A model generated the notes under the pieces. The model saw only the letters and a program-made list of their open reading frames with translations. It was not told the DNA's origin and did no database searches. From Hydrolagus colliei (lineage: Eukaryota), in the NCBI GenBank assembly GCA_035084275.1, contig CM068758.1, forward strand, positions 11,470,001-11,534,000: a DNA stretch of 64,000 bases, read 5' to 3'. Below are positions 1 to 11,200 of this stretch, piece after piece. Positions within the stretch are counted from its first letter, which is position 1. Each line of letters starts with the position of its first letter. The translations under genes were made by a program, and so were the position numbers.

Positions 1-2069
1 ACACTAGCACTAAGCCCCACCCCTACATTGGTACTAAGCCCCACCCCCACTGGTAATGAGCCCCCACCACACACACAGGTGTTCCAACAACAACAACTTT
101 GATTTACGTAGCGCCCTCCACGCCGGACGGCATCTCAGACTCCGCACTCACATCAGCCGTGGCTATTGTGTAGCTGAGAGTGCAGCACTGTACAGTAAAC
201 CCTAACAGCAACGATTCAAAATCCACGCGGTTTGTTCCACAATGTCTCATATGCAAACCATCGCTATCGAACAGCTCACCAACTGCCGCCGAGAGACATC
301 CCGTCAGCCTGAGCGGGATCCACGCTCGGAGGTGAAGGTCTCGCTAAAAACCGAATCAAGAGGAATATAAAAATTTGCATAATTTCACAACAATTCGACA
401 AAAAAAACCTGTCACCGAGGCCATGTTCATAATATTCGGGACATCAGCAGAGAATCTCTCCTGAAAATGGTGTGCGTCTGTTAGGAATGTCCCAGACACA
501 TATTTCAGAGGAGCTTTCATTGAAACGCAGATAACAGTGTCACGGACGGGCGTTTATTAATCGCTTCGAGTTGTTTGATGGTAAATTTAATATGAAAATC
601 ACAATCCAACTCTCCGGCTGACAGCGTGAAACGTGTATAAAGCCACGTCATAGAGAGCAAGTTTGTCAGACAGCCTTTCCAGGTTAAAGCGTCAATATTA
701 CAGCAAATGCCTCTGCCAGGGATCGAGAGGGTGAAGGTGTGAGTGTATGAGGATAGGAAAGACGAAAGAGGGTGGAGAGCAGGAATGATGGATTTGTGTT
801 CCCGGGCTTGCCTTTGACAGCCTTAGGTTAAACATTAAGGTAATACTAGTTAAGAGACAGATGTGCCGGGTTGAAAACAAACCAGTTTCGGAGGGGAAAT
901 CAATGCAAGCTATTTCTAGAATGTTCGCACGCGAGGCAGGAGTCAGAAGATGGAAGTGTGCGGAGATGGTGGCGGAGATTGCAGTCTGGTGAGGGCAGTA
1001 GCTGACAACTGACCCGCGCCAGAGAATGGGAAATGAAGCTTTTTGTTGAGAGAGACAAGTCCTTGGGTTGGGTAGAATTAGACAAACGAAGAATAGGATG
1101 GAAGAAGCCAGTGAGGAAAATGAGAGTCTGTGAGGAGGCCAGAGCAGATCTTGATGGGCTCAATGGCCTGCGGACTGTGACGCTTCTCTGTCGCAATCGG
1201 TATTTCAATTGAAGCGATCGGTTCCTGACAGGCGGAAAGGGGAAAGCAGTGGGAATCGTCACTGTCACTGTGAAGGTGCAGTCAGTAATGCTTTGAGTAA
1301 ACCCTGTTTGGGATTTTGTGCGCATTCGGAAGTGTTTTCAAATGGAGTTACTGAACCCTGGCTTCTGACTGCGTCAAATATTGAGGATCTCTGGGCTAAC
1401 GGAGCATATTATTCTACAGCAAAAGCTGTCCTGTCAACAGGCTCCTTGTTCCAGCCTCATAATCACCTCAATGTACCTCATCCCTCTATGTAATGCGAAG
1501 CTCCACGCGTATTCGGTGGTCGAAATGTTCTGGGCGAACAATGGTGACAGGAGGCGTGGCTCCAGTGACAAACGGAAAGGCTTGGAATTGGTGTAAAACG
1601 ACAACTGGAAATCTGTAAATGTTTATAAATAACAATACAGTGGTTGGGAGTGTGGTTCGGCAGTGAGGGGGCTTGGACACATTTATTACCCACTGCTTGT
1701 GCTCTTAATACATCAGCCAAAAGCCTTTGGTATATTTCAGCCTTGAAACACACTCCCGGCCTCTGATTCTGTGTATGATGTATGCAAGCTATGACACTCC
1801 CCTGTATCATTCAGTTAAATAAACCCCAATATCACTCTTCTTGTCCAAAGGTCATGTGATTTGATCCTGGAAGTTGGATGGCATTGGTAAAGCCTTTGGC
1901 CTTTGCCTCATGTTTGGTGATGATATTTCTGCCTATCTGGTCCCTACAAGGCATTTAGTTTTTGTCAGCCAAGTGACTGACTCGTGTGGTGGTTACCCAT
2001 CACCAAGTTAAAGGGTGTCCAAGTCAAACTGGGAGTTCCAAGCAAACACCCACCATCCTACAACAACGA

Positions 2070-2345
2070 CAAAATTCATTCATAGAGCGCCTGTCATGTC
2101 GGGAGGACGTCCCAAGGCAATCAGGACGTCCCCTGAACAATCAGGTCGGGACCCGAGCAAGGGAGAGGGGCTGAGTAGGGGGGAGGGGCGGGAGAGAGTT
2201 AGGAGGAGGGAGAGAGTTGGGAGGGCAACAGAAGGCACGGTCGAAGAGGAGGGTCTTGAGACTGGCCTTGAAGGAGTTGAGGGAGGGAGCGAGGCAAAGG
2301 GACTGTGGATGGAGTCCCAGAGTGTGGGGGCAGAGAGGCTGAAAT
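2070..2345 (-). mobile_element. L2 LINE 3' end fragment
   Basis: ACA tail, gggaggacgtcccaagg stem, and translated LAPSLNSFKASLKTLLFDRAF (L2 ORF2 C-terminus). Confidence 0.8.
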
Positions 2346-4349
2346 GAAAGCCCGTCCACCCCTACACATGGTATTTGAATGGAATGCGCACTCTCTTCCC
2401 TGGAAGGACACATCCTGCTTTCCTAATTCTAGAGAGTACAAGGCACAGACAGGCCAGAGCCAAGGCTTGGGCACCCAGAGTGTGTGTGGTGTAACTGCTG
2501 GCATCTAACCAGCTAAAAACGCAGTGTCTGGCAAGCTTTGGTGCTGCTTGTCCAGCAGTGACCTTCTTACCCAATAGGGCTTTGGCTTACAGGGTAAACA
2601 GGAGCCAATCTGGAGGATTCCCAGTGACTGGTCTGCCCTTCTAAGTCCTGTAGACGTGCCAGGCTGTGTGGCCTGGCTCAGGAGGAAAACTACTGTGATT
2701 GCCACCGAGGGTGGACTCGATCCTGACATTCCATTATCAAGTTTGTCACTATCTACAAGGTGTCTGTTTCCCCCCCACCACCCGCCCACACTTGCAACAA
2801 CAGCTTCACTTACATAGTTCTCAGAGCGCTCATTACCTCACCACAGCCCTTCCTGAGATAATAATAACAATCCTTGCCTTTTGATATAGCGCTTTTCACG
2901 TCTTCTGGACTTCACAGAATATACCGGAAAGTGAATTGACTGTATATTTGTGGGCCGAACGTGGCGGCCAATTGCGCACAGCAGCGTCCCCCACAAACAG
3001 CCGTGGGTTGAAATGACCAATTTATGATAGGTTTTTGTGCTGGTACGGAAGGATAGCAGAAGGCAGCGACACGTCCCACCATTTACACCGTGACTGACAG
3101 TTGGCGGGCACAGCTGCTGGTTTCAATTTCAAATATTAAATATTCAACAGACGCGGCAATTAGACAGAGGAACGTGTCGGGGTGCTCACACTCGCGTCGA
3201 GTTCGGAATCATCGTCAACGCAGAATGCTTGTCAAAGAGGTGCCAGCGCCGGGGAGCTGAAATCTCTGCCCGATGTCCTGGAGGAAACACTTGACACATC
3301 TCAGGAACAGGGGAATCCAAACCACGATTTCTCCAACGGAACCTTGCTCGGTGCCGGGGATCTGGGGATCCAGCATCCGGAGACCAGCTTCCAATTTTTT
3401 TACCAAAGCCAACATCACGGCTGAGCTCTTGTCACAGGATATCACCACCCACGCATACATTCACGCTGGATGCTGGAGCCAGGTGGACAGATTTCATACG
3501 TGGAAATTCCTCCACGCAGGAATTGCTGGATGAAAAAAGGCCATCTTGTTCTCATCTAGCTCTACAATCCTGGTGGTCGCGCGCTACAATAATGGAGATG
3601 TTGATAGCGATTCATTCATCCTCCAACCAAATTGGTGGTGCTTAGTTATCTCGATTATCAAAGTAAAGACGAGTGCATTATGTGTTTGCCAACACACCCA
3701 ACGCCCAGCTCGAAGGAAGCCCTGCTCAAACACTGTAAAATCCAACTAGTTTGGTTCGCACCTTGTTGCGAATGGAAATTCAGTGACTGACCCTGTACAG
3801 TTTGGGTCCGAATGTGGCAGCCAGTGGCGCACAGCGGCTCATCCGAAACACGGCACCTCCAGCAACGTAGACCAACCCAGCACTGCACTGGAGAGGCAGC
3901 CTAGACTGTGAGCTCAAAAACTGCACAGGGGTCTTGAACTCCCAACATTCTGCCCTAAAGATGAAACCGCGAGCAGACTGGCAATCTTTGCAATGATGTT
4001 GCTTCATTTGCCTGTTTGCCAAAAAAACACTGAACACCCTTCCCTTCTCCAGTTGTAGCAAGTTCTGCACTGTGTGTCCCTCTCCATCTCATCGTTAACC
4101 CTTTATAATAATAAAATAAATAATAATCCTTGCATTGGATATAACACCTCAGCACGTCTTCGAGACGTCTCAAAGCGCTTTGCAGAACGTACTGTAAAGT
4201 GAATGGACTGTTATGTTTTTGTGGATGAAACTCCCGTAACTCCACGGGAGTTATGGGCGGTTCTTGCAGTTTAAAGAGCTCATACTCTCATTCATACAGC
4301 AAATGCTCTAACATTCCAGCAATGGAAGTAATAATAATAATAATCCTTG

Positions 4350-4803
4350 TATCCATTGGCTCCCCATCACCCAGAGGATCCGATTCAAGATCCTGGTCTT
4401 CACATATAAAGCCCTCCACAACCTCACCCCACCCTACATTTGTGACCTCCTATCCCCTTACCAACCTGCCCACCCCCTCCGCTCAGCAGACTCTGGCCTG
4501 CTCCTTGTCCCCCGACCCACCCGCCCAACCATTGGCGGGTGAGCCTTCAGCCACTCTGCCCCCAACCTCTGGAACTCCATCCCAAAGTGCCTCCGTCTCG
4601 CACCCTCCCTGGCCTCGTTCAAATCTCGCTTCAAGACCCTCCTCAATGGTTCCATCATCGACTCCTCCGCGCGGCCCCCCGCCCACCCCCCCCCCATCCC
4701 TGTCCTTAGCTCGGGTCTGAAGCAGGAACCTGTCCAGCGCCTTGGGACGTCCTCCAGACGTGAGAGGTGCTATACAAATGTCATTTTTTTTTTGTTGTTG
4801 TTG
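4350..4803 (+). mobile_element. L2 LINE 3' fragment
   Basis: HWLPI..RIRFKILV..YKALH motif, then 3' end ttgggacgtcctcc...gtgagaggtgctatacaaatg with GTT tail. Confidence 0.8.
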
Positions 4804-7259
4804 TATTTGATATAGCGCTTTTCATGTATTTTAGATGTCTCAAAGCGCTTCACAGAATATACTGCAAAGTGAATTGACTGTATATTTGCAGGCGAAGAAC
4901 CTAGAATTGGAGTAAGCTGGACATCACTGACCCTTGGGGCAAATGATCTCATCCCTCCAGAACACTCCATCTCACCAGCCCCCATCGCCACATTGAGCTG
5001 CTTTTTAATTAAGTACCAGCATCCTGGCCTCTACCGCCCTTCCCAGTAACACCCGTTCCTGTCGTTAATTACTCTCCGAGTAAAAAAAACACTCCCTGGT
5101 GTCTGTCCTGAGATTGCCCTTTGCAGCTGTAAACCTGTACATCTTGTTCTACTTTCTCAATCCTATTTAAAATCTATAAAATACCAGCGATATAAGGTCC
5201 CCCGCTGCGATCCGTCTTGTCGAGGCTGAATCCACAGAACATTCACAGTGAACATTCACTGAATTCTCAAAATAACTAACTGAAGCTAGCAGGTGGGTGA
5301 AGCAGGAGGTGGCAAGAGGAAAGTGGCAGCATAATAATCCTTGCATTTGATATAGCGATTTTCACATCTTCTGGACGTCTCAAAGCGCTTCACGGAATAT
5401 ACTGTAAAGTGAATTGACTGTATATTTGTGGGCGAAATGTGGCAGCCAATTGCGCACAGCAGCGTCCCACACACAGTCGTGGGTTGAAATGACCAATTTT
5501 ATTAGTTTTTTTTAATCAATATTATGTAATATTAATAATTTTGGATGGCAGCAAATGTAAGCCAACAGAAGAGCGTTTTCATACCATGAACCTCAAGACT
5601 GATTCTTAGCATTAAATCAGTGTTTTTTTTTACAGTAGCTGAAAATGCTTGTTCAGAAAACAGTTGCATCACCTTGTTCAGGCTAGCCCTGCAGGATTTT
5701 GCCAAGAAAGATATTTGGTGTCAGTTGAGGGTGAAAAAAGAAATGAAATATCTGGTCACACGTGTGACGCGCTCGTGGGCTTACTCCAGTAATTCATACG
5801 AAAACAATTAAGGCAACTTTAATTTATTGATGATATTGAAATGACTTTTTAAACGGCTCTAAAATAATTTTGAGCGAAATCTCCATATTTATAGCTGAGA
5901 TTGAAACTATTAAAACACAAACTCCCAGATTCAGTGTGCTTCTTCACCAGAACATGAGAGATTTAGGTTTGCAATCACTGCATTATCATTCACTCACCAC
6001 ATTGTCTCACTGCCTGGGGCAATGGGTGTCAGATTGATTTATAACCCGCACTCACACTGCATAATATCACCCATGTTGAATGGGAGAAACAAGCCCACAC
6101 GACTGATCACTCAGGCAGTGGCATGAGGGACCTGTACATGAGAACCTTTACTTATAAAGTGTTTGTTTTCTTTTTCTAATTAAAACCGTTCATGTCCCAG
6201 CACCTCCCTCCCTCCCTCCCTGACCTGCTCGTATCCCACTCCCATCACCCGCTTCCTTCCCTCAGCTCCCACAGACCTGCTCCCCCATGTCACTGCTCCC
6301 ACACTGCTTCGTCTCTGTACTCCGCCTCCGTTGCTTTCAAATCTAACCTAAAAACCTACCCGTTTGAACGTGCCTATGATCATCTCCCCCTACCCTATCC
6401 TCCCTCCTCCCTCACCTGGCTACCTCTGCCACTACCTCTCCCCTCGGGCTTCCTGAGATCCAAATCCATGCATTCATCCTGGATTATGATAGCTGTGCGC
6501 CACCCTGTCCCCACCCTTTTGGCTTCCATTCCCAGCTCCTACACCCAGCCAGGGTTACTGAGGGACATCCACCCAACATATCAATGTCAATTAGTATTGT
6601 AGTGTGTGTTCTGCACCGTTCAGCACAGCCTCGCTGCTGATGTGGAGCTTCCCTCAGCAAAGAATGTACAACAGGACAGGGACACATGTTGCCTCTCTAC
6701 TTAACAAAGTACATCAGGTGGGTCATGGACATGGACGCCACGGTAATTGGTTAATTTTTCTAGATCTGTTAGGACCAAGACTTATTGCTGCTGTCCACAC
6801 CATCTCTGCTAATTAAGTGCCCAGAGACACCGCTTGGTGTGAAGGGCGCTGTGTAAATGCCAGTTGTTTTTGTCGCTGTTACCAATATACCAAAGCGGTC
6901 ACCTGACAGAATCCTACACTAGGGCACGGACGTTTACCCAGTAAACTTTCACCCACAAAGTCTACAGTCAGTTCACTTTGCAGTATATTCTGTGAAGTGT
7001 CTTGAGAACGTCTAGAAGACGTGATAAGATGCAAATTATATCAGATGCAAAACATTATTTATAAACTCTTGACTGAAGGAGTTTTGTCAGGACTTGCTAA
7101 CGCAGCCAGTGAAGTCGCCCCCCCTGCTGGAACTGTAGCTCAGTGCTCTCAGCTGGGTTTCATATTTAGTCTTCAAGACTTCACCAGAGCCTAGCATGTA
7201 TCAACGTTGATGTCTTTAATCATCAATTACTCCTTTTTTTCCCCAAGTGTCAGTCAGTC

Positions 7260-7580
7260 AGCTCGGGGGCTCAAATCTCCCTCTGGTACTTTGAGTTCAC
7301 AGCCTAACACTGTTTAGGAGCTGTGCTGCATTGTCAGAGGTGCCGTCCTCCGAAGGAGTTGTTAAAACCAGCATCCTGTCTGCCTGTTCAAGTTGGATGT
7401 TAAACATCATGTGATACTATTGGGAAAGAGAAGGGAGTTTCCTTGTGCCCTGGCCAACAATCCCCCAGATACAGTTGTCATTTACTTTGTGGCTGCCACG
7501 TTTGTCCATTAATCAGTCTTTACAGTAATCCTGTGAAGTGTTTTCATGCGGATCAGTATGAAATGCAGTTATTTTATTGT
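7260..7580 (+). mobile_element. Ancient Deu-domain-like SINE (AmnSINE/SacSINE-like)
   Basis: Core gtgctgcattgtcagaggtgccgtcctc...cctgtctgcctgttc...ggatgttaaa...cctggccaacaatcccc; related copies at about 3750-3950 (-), 11960-12220, 22620-22860, 55690-55930 (-) and 59060-59390. Confidence 0.6.
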
Positions 7581-8374
7581 CTGATCACTTCAAGTTATTA
7601 CTAGAAAAACTGGAACATCATCCGAAACTTGGCCTTGTAAGTGCTGAAATATTATTGTTACAAACACAGCTCTCCCTCCACTCTCGACTTGAGCTCCTCC
7701 ACTTCTGACTTGAGCCCATCCAGTCTGGTTTCCACCCTGCCCACAACAGAGACAGTCAGTCACAAATGATGTCTTCTCTCTCCGTGATCAGAACCTCTCT
7801 GCCTCCTTGTCCTCCTTCCTCTCCCACTGGGATCATCGTACGCTGGGGCCTGGACAACACCTTATATCAGTGACCAGAGCTATTTGCAGTATTCATGGTG
7901 CAGCCTGACCAGAGAACTGTACGGTATGAGTGTGACGTCTGAGTATTTAAAATCAACTGATTTAGCAAAATAGCCCAACAACCCATTTGCTTTGTTGATG
8001 GCTACTTTACACTGCGTGACAGTGAGCGACGAGTCAACTAACACACCTCAATCTCTTTCAACTTCTCCCTCAGTAAGTTTGATCCCATCCATGGAATACT
8101 TGTGTTTCCTATTGTAGGTTTCCTATATCTAGTATCTTGCATTCATCAGTATTAAATTTGACGAGTTACCAGCCCATGTCCATACCCTATTAAGCTGTCT
8201 TTAGAAAAAAAAATTGCCACCTGCTCTGATTCCAATTTGGTGTCATCTGCAAATATAACTATCTTTCACTGGGTCTATGAATCCAGGCTAATAACTGTGT
8301 ATATAAAGAAAGCAAAATGCTGCAGATGCCGGAATTCTGACCGATTCTAATGAAGGGTCATGGACCTGAAACAT

Positions 8375-10310
8375 TGAGTGTGTGGGGCCAGAGAGGCTGA
8401 AAGCCTGGCCACCAATCATAGGGTGGGAGACATGGAGCAGACCGGAGCCCGCTGGACGAAGGGGGAGGGCAGGTTGGTAGGGAGTCAGCAGGTTGGAGAG
8501 ATGGGAAAGGGCAAAGCCGTGGATGCCTTGAAAGTGAGGACGAGGATCTTGAATTTGATCCTCGGGGGGATGGGGAGCCAATGGAGCCGGGTGAGGGTGG
8601 GAGTGTTGTGGTCACGGGAACCTGGTGTGGGTGAGGACACGAGCTGCAGAGTCCTGGATGATCTGCAGTTTGTGAAGGGAAGAGCCGGGAAGGCCGACGA
8701 GGGGAGAGTTTCCACAGTTCAGCCTCGATGTGACAAATGAAAACTGTAAACAACAAATGGCGCCTTTCACGTCGGGAGGACGTCCCGAGGCGCTGAACAA
8801 ACAGTCAGGCCGGGACCTGAGGAAGGGAGAGGGGCAGGGGGAGGGGGGAAGGGCGGGAGAGAGTTAGGAGGGGAGGGAGAGAGAGTTGGGAGGGGAGGGA
8901 GAGTTGGGAGGGGCGGGAGAGAGAGTTGGGAGGGGAGGGAGAGAGTTGGGAGGGGAGGGAGAGAGAGTTGGGAGGGGAGGGAGAGAGTTGGGAGGGGAGG
9001 GAGAGAGTTGGGAGGGGAGGGAGAGAGTTGGGAGGGGAGGGAGAGAGAGTTGGGAGGGGAGGGAGAGAGAGTTGGGAGGGGAGGGAGAGAGAGTTGGGAG
9101 GGGCGGGAGAGAGAGTTGGGAGGGGAGGGAGAGAGTTGGGAGGGGAGGGAGAGAGAGTTGGGAGGGGAGGGAGAGAGAGTTGGGAGGGGAGGGAGAGAGA
9201 GTTGGGAGGGGCGGGAGAGAGAGTTGGGAGGGGCGGGAGAGAGAGTTGGGAGGGGAGGGAGAGAGAGTTGGGAGGGGAGGGAGAGAGAGTTGGGAGGGGA
9301 GGGAGAGAGAGTTGGGAGGGGAGGGAGAGAGAGTTGGGAGGGGCGGGAGAGAGAGTTGGGAGGGGAGGGAGAGAGTTGGGAGGGGAGGGAGAGAGAGTTG
9401 GGAGGGGAGGGAGAGAGAGTTGGGAGGGGAGGGAGAGAGTTGGGAGGGAGAGTTGGGAGGGGAGGGAGAGAGTTGGGAGGGAGAGTTGGGAGGGGCGGGA
9501 GAGAGTTGGGAGGAGAGGGAGAGAGTTGGGAGGGACGGGAGAGAGTTGGGAGGAGAGGGAGAGAGTTGGGAGGGAGAGTTGGGAGGGGCGGGAGAGAGTT
9601 GGGAGGAGAGGGAGAGAGTTGGGAGGGGAGGGAGAGAGTTGGGAGGGGAGGGAGAGAGTTGGGAGGGGAGGGAGAGAGTTGGGAGGGGAGGGAGAGAGAG
9701 TTGGGAGGGGAGGGAGAGAGAGTTGGGAGGGGAGGGAGAGAGAGTTGGGAGGGGCGGGAGAGAGAGTTGGGAGGGGAGGGAGAGAGTTGGGAGGGGAGGG
9801 AGAGAGAGTTGGGAGGGGCGGGAGAGAGAGTTGGGAGGGGAGGGAGAGAGTTGGGAGGGGAGGGAGAGAGAGTTGGGAGGGGAGGGAGAGAGAGTTGGGA
9901 GGGGAGGGAGAGAGAGTTGGGAGGGGAGGGAGAGAGTTGGGAGGGAGAGTTGGGAGGGGAGGGAGAGAGTTGGGAGGAGAGGGAGAGAGTTGGGAGGGAC
10001 GGGAGAGAGTTGGGAGGAGAGGGAGAGAGTTGGGAGGGAGAGTTGGGAGGGGCGGGAGAGAGTTGGGAGGAGAGGGAGAGAGTTGGGAGGGGAGGGAGAG
10101 AGAGTTGGGAGGGGAGGGAGAGTTGGGAGAGAGAGTTGGGAGGGGAGGGAGAGAGTTGGGAGGAGAGGGAGAGAGTTGGGAGGGCAGCACGTGATCGAAG
10201 AGGAAGGTCTTGAGACCGGCCTTGAAGGAGGTGGGGAGGGAGGGAGGGAGGGAGGGAGGCGAAGGGGCTGAGGGATGGAGTTCCGGAGTGTGGGGGCAGA
10301 GAGGCTGAAC
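8375..10310 (-). mobile_element. Two adjacent L2 fragments (8375-8740 ORF2 piece; 8750-10310 3' end carrying the minisatellite)
   Basis: LHWLPIPPRIKFKILVLTFKA, TSRLNCGNS..GLP..LHKLQIIQDSAARVL and [12 protein letters not shown] motifs. Confidence 0.8.
8855..10185 (+). repeat. Polypurine minisatellite, unit about GGGAGGGGAGGGAGAGAG(AG)TT, roughly 60-65 copies
   Basis: Direct reading; units mostly 20-22 nt with shorter variants; embedded in an L2 3' end. Confidence 0.97.
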
Positions 10311-10689
10311 GCCCGGGGCGGGCGGGGACACGGAGCGGCTTTGAAAGTGAGGACGAGGATAAACACGGGTACGGACCCCCTCAGGTGTCCCCCTGGTGAC
10401 CTGCCCCCCCCCCCTCACACACACTGGCCGCTTCCTTCCCTTCAGCGGCTCTGAATCATCAACAGCTGCCCTTCCCGCCAGGAGGCTTCTCACAGCGTTT
10501 ATCAGTGGGGGGGGGACTCCGAGCTGGTGGGTGGGAGGTGTTAACACGGTCGAGACCCCATGTGTTGCCCTTGATTCTCAGTGACCACGATTTGACGGTT
10601 TAAAATAATTTTTGGGGAAAACCCCCCGCTGTGTCAGGTTCGCGCCCAAAAGCTGTTTTCATCTGACAGGACAACACACACCCTCCCTC

Positions 10690-11200
10690 CCATTGGCCAG
10701 CCCTAGCTCTGACCTCTCACCCCGGGCCGGGAGGCGGGTTCTCAGCCGCTTCTCTGCCACACCATTGGTCCTTGTCCCTCGGGCGCGCGGGGGGGGGGGG
10801 GGGGAGGGGGAGCCGGACGTACTTCAAGCCGGATGTTTTGTTCCGCCCTCCCCACGTGGGCATGTTGGAAGTCGTTGATTGGTCTACGTCGCTGCCCGTC
10901 AGATGGTCGCCCCCACTTCGTCCGGGTCACGTGGCGGAGGCTGGCCAATTGGAGCAGTGACAGGCTGCGCGCGCGGAGGGCGCCAAGAGCCGCAGCACCG
11001 GGAGAGGATATGAAGGAGCTGCTGTCGCCGCCGCCCGGTCCCGCAGCGGGTAAGTCAGACTCTCTAGCCCAGCGCCGGTTACCGTGCATCTCGCTAACCT
11101 CCCCCCTCCCCCGAGGGTGGCGCGGGGCTGCGGTATCCCGAGAGTGAGGTGCCGGTGGTGGTGAGGGGCTGGCTGTGTGCGGTGGCCCACTGACTGGTGT
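10690..11200 (+). promoter_or_regulatory. CRAMP1: CRAMP1 CpG-island promoter and probable non-coding exon 1 (donor GTAAGT at 11050)
   Basis: CpG-rich; E-boxes CACGTG at 10853 and GTCACGTG at 10926; CCAAT/ATTGG boxes at 10878 and 10945-52; GC box; consensus donor CGG|GTAAGT. Confidence 0.75.

Noticed and set aside
8805-10547. 400-580 aa ORFs (PSQLSLPP and GGEGERVGR repeats) in five frames
   Set aside because: These are translations of the stop-free minisatellite inside an L2 remnant, not a gene.
1-10700. IFT140 coding exons expected from human synteny
   Set aside because: No translation resembling the IFT140 N-terminus was found on the - strand.
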